Positions 61,151 through 64,000 of a stretch of DNA of 64,000 nt are shown in pieces (the first letter of the stretch is position 1; the number at the start of each line of letters is the position of its first letter). The notes beneath the pieces were generated by a model that was not told the DNA's origin, did not search any database, and saw only the letters and a list, made by a program, of their open reading frames with translations. Where the stretch lies: contig ML992507.1 in NCBI GenBank assembly GCA_010093995.1, positions 741,576 through 805,575 of the forward strand, read 5' to 3'. Source of the stretch: Elsinoe ampelina. Lineage: Eukaryota. The position numbers were made by a program, and so were the translations under genes.

Positions 61151-63362
61151 TCAAGAAACCACCGGCGCAGTGCCATCCATGACCTTTCTCGCCTCTTCGA
61201 TCCGTCTACGGAGGATACGTCCCTCGGACGCATCCAGATCCTGGTCCTGCAGCTTCTCGCATGCATGTCTGATGCACTCAAGCAACATGAACATTTGCGC
61301 CCTATCTCGCAGACCTAGCTGTCTCTTCCCTGGCGTTGCCAACGCAGCGATGGCTATGGCTGAAGGAGGAGCAGGGATTGCTTGAACTTGAGCTGAGATG
61401 TGAGTGCTTAGCTGACGTTTGTGTAGCGACTCGGCGGGCTTTGCCTTGTCCTGGAGACCGACACCCGAGTCTGCGCCGTCGCTCCCAGCTGCTCGTTTGA
61501 CCGGCGATGGTTGCCGCGAGCGTACGCCTTCAGTGGCTGTAGCGAATGAGGTCGAACTGGATACCGAGTCGAAAGATGAGAAGCGTTTGTGGATGGTGCG
61601 CTCGATTTCGCGTAGCTTCTCGGGCGTCTCGGACTCGAGTGGTAAGGCTTCTGCTGTAGGACCTCTCGCAGTGTCGTCACTAGCCTCACTTTCCGTACCA
61701 TCGACCAGGTGATTGTCACCGCCGAGTGTGCTGTGGAGGAAGAAGTTGTGATAGTCGAAAGCGTCGACTCTGTCCTCATGCGCCGTCGCTGCAATTGGTC
61801 TTACGTTGGAGGTTGGGCTGAGGTCGAAGTCAATCATTTCATCAACGGAGCTGACCACATCACTCCCTTCTGATACCAACGAGAAGCGAGAGATCTCAGC
61901 CTGCTTCGGCTTGGGCTCAATCGGACGCCAGTCGGTCGTTTTTGACCTTCTTTTGTTCTGCTTTCCAGCCATTGGGTCGAATGTCTGAGAGTAGACACTA
62001 GTGGGCGATGCTGCTGGGACTACGACCGAAACTCGGTTCACCGATGAATCCACACTCCATCTAGACACAACGTTGTTCTCGCTGTGTTCCTCCTTGAGCT
62101 TGCCGACGACGGTTTTTGAGTATCTCTCAGCATCAGTGAATGGATTGGGGTTCCGCAAGTTCACGAAGCTCTGCCTTCTCAGACTGTCCTCTCGCGTCTT
62201 GTCCCTCAGAAGTGACACTCGACGATTCAATTCTTGCACCTGATTCTTCAATTCTGCGGTGGCGGGTGACGATCCAGTTTCATCGCTACCTTGACCGCTA
62301 GTTGGTGTTACTGGACTCGATATATTGCGTGTTGGCGTATGAAGTCGCGAGCTGCTCCGGAGGCTCTTTAACGATCTCATCTGTGGTAGTTCCTGGCTCT
62401 TGGATGCTCGTAGCGGCGCTGGTGCCCAATCTTCAGACTCTTCGTCTACGATTTGGGCGACTATCCCGGTAGGTGATTGGACAGGTGGGTGTACAATTGT
62501 GTTGTCACTTCGTCCTCTCACGTGACCAAATTTTGGGGCCGATGTTGACTCGGGCGAATAGGCGCTGTTCTCACTGCGGAAGAATCGATTCGTATATGGG
62601 GACTTGTGCATATGAACCGATGCTGCTCGCTGCAGGTTCTCGGCTGTCAAGGCTCGTGCTCCCTTGAGGTTTTGGTCCATGAGCTGTGGTGGTCAGTAAG
62701 GGAATTCTGACCATAAGAGGTACACCCACGTTCAGCCGCTTCTTTGCGTTGGCTAGGATCAATTCCGCTCGCCTGCTTAGTTCGGCCGAAGAATTCTCCT
62801 GCCGTCGTTGTGATCCCGATCGTGAGCGTGACCGGTTGCGTAGAAGCGCCGCAGGACTCCGTCCTCTGCCAGATTTTGTAGGGGTTGCTGCGCCGGAGCC
62901 TGCCTCATCGAGAGTGACAATGTCCGACTCTTCCCCATCATACTTGTATTCCGGAATCGCATCCCAGTCCAGTGTCGCGGTAGAAGTGGAAATGAATGAA
63001 GCCTTGCGTTGCATCTCTGGATTGTTCCACCGCGAATCCTCATCTTCGACAGTGCTAGACCGGGAGGCTCTTTTAGTGTCACCAGTGCTCAATCTGACGG
63101 TCAAGTAATTGTCGTCCTCTGTCGTGCTCCTTTCGAGACCTCTCCTCCTTGACATGGATCCCAAGCTCTTCTTTGGGGTGATCGTCCGGGGTACATCCTT
63201 ATCGCCAACTTGATCCAGCAGATACGAGGGTGAGGGTGGCCGGCCAGCTCGTGGGGGAGAGGTTGTCACATAGGCGGCCTCATTTGGGAGGACCATCTCC
63301 GGGTTGGTCAGGGTTGGAGAGGGAAGAGAAGCGATACTCTTCACGTGAATGAGAGGATCCAT
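61151..63362 (-). CDS. Hypothetical Ser/Arg-rich protein with coiled coils, 2 exons
   Basis: Two long ORFs joined by intron 62684-62729 (RRAELILANAKKRLN|LMDQNLKGAR); motif-like HEDRVDAFDYHNFFLHS. Confidence 0.8.
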
Positions 63363-64000
63363 TTTGATCGAGTCTTCGCGACCCGTGGGTCATAAGCTCC
63401 CACAACGAGACCAAACCTTCTTTCTCCGACAAGACCGCTGCATTGGCTTGTCTCAAGATCCGGAAGTAGTGAGTGATAACGCAAGCGAAGACTTGCTACA
63501 CCGAACCATGTTGGAAAGGGTAGGCGGGATCAAAGGTCAGGCTTCTTGGGGATCAGCGGAAAAAAAGGCGTTAGCGAGACCCGTTGACGGGCAGAATGAA
63601 CGGCGTGTTGCTTCGGCGGGATAGCTTGAGAGGAACAGGCAAGGTTGGTGTGCGTGATCGTCCGCCATGGGCTTGAGTGCCCGAGACATTCTGGGGCTCG
63701 CGCGCCAATCGCTTTGGCTCCAGGTTAAATGCCCTAGGGCGTTGAGATGCATTTGGCAGGAGAAGGGGAACGATAAGGAAGAGGGAGAAGAAGCTTCCTG
63801 TGTACCACATGTCGATACCTACTGTACGATTGAGTTGATAGTCGGCGGTTTCATTTGATATTGTTCTGCTGCAAGTGCGGCAGAGTCAACAGGTCAGGCC
63901 CGTCATCGACCGGATTTCCGGGTTCTGCTTGGAATCCCTGTGATGATCCCACGCGAGCAAGAGACAGGTCATGACAGTTGTGGTGGATGCGAGAGCCTCA

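Overview
Eukaryotic (filamentous ascomycete, probably Dothideomycete-like) genomic window with short GT-AG introns. The left third (1-22 kb) is an accessory-type region. It holds a subtilisin, a secreted alpha/beta-hydrolase, a Zn2Cys6 transcription factor, an SDR + Rieske oxygenase + dimethylglycine oxidase group, MFS and GH43 pseudogenes, a small Kex2-repeat secreted peptide precursor, a CIA30-like gene and three dispersed 5S rRNA genes. Positions 22074-34459 are an AT-rich, heavily RIP-mutated block: a Copia LTR retrotransposon (TSD ACCAA) with a complete chromovirus-type Gypsy element (TSD AGAAC) nested in its gag, plus a 440-N assembly gap. The right half (35-64 kb) is mostly conserved genes: bZIP, Fpg glycosylase, KDEL-tailed ureohydrolase, a methyltransferase pseudogene, MFSD5-like transporter, intron-containing tRNA-Lys(CTT), TIM54, kynurenine formamidase-like hydrolase, DUF3824-like protein, NAT1/NAA15, an RGS-LOV photoreceptor and a hypothetical protein. 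The most notable observations are (i) a hidden antisense ORF in the Gypsy element that de-RIPs to a Zn2Cys6-spaced motif plus coiled coil, alongside a long Cys/His-motif gag extension and a chromodomain + AT-hook integrase tail; (ii) recurring ~1 kb C-rich-then-G-rich skew domains independent of gene orientation; (iii) the Kex2-repeat peptide precursor. All calls were made by eye with no database searches; exon boundaries and de-RIPped translations are inferences.
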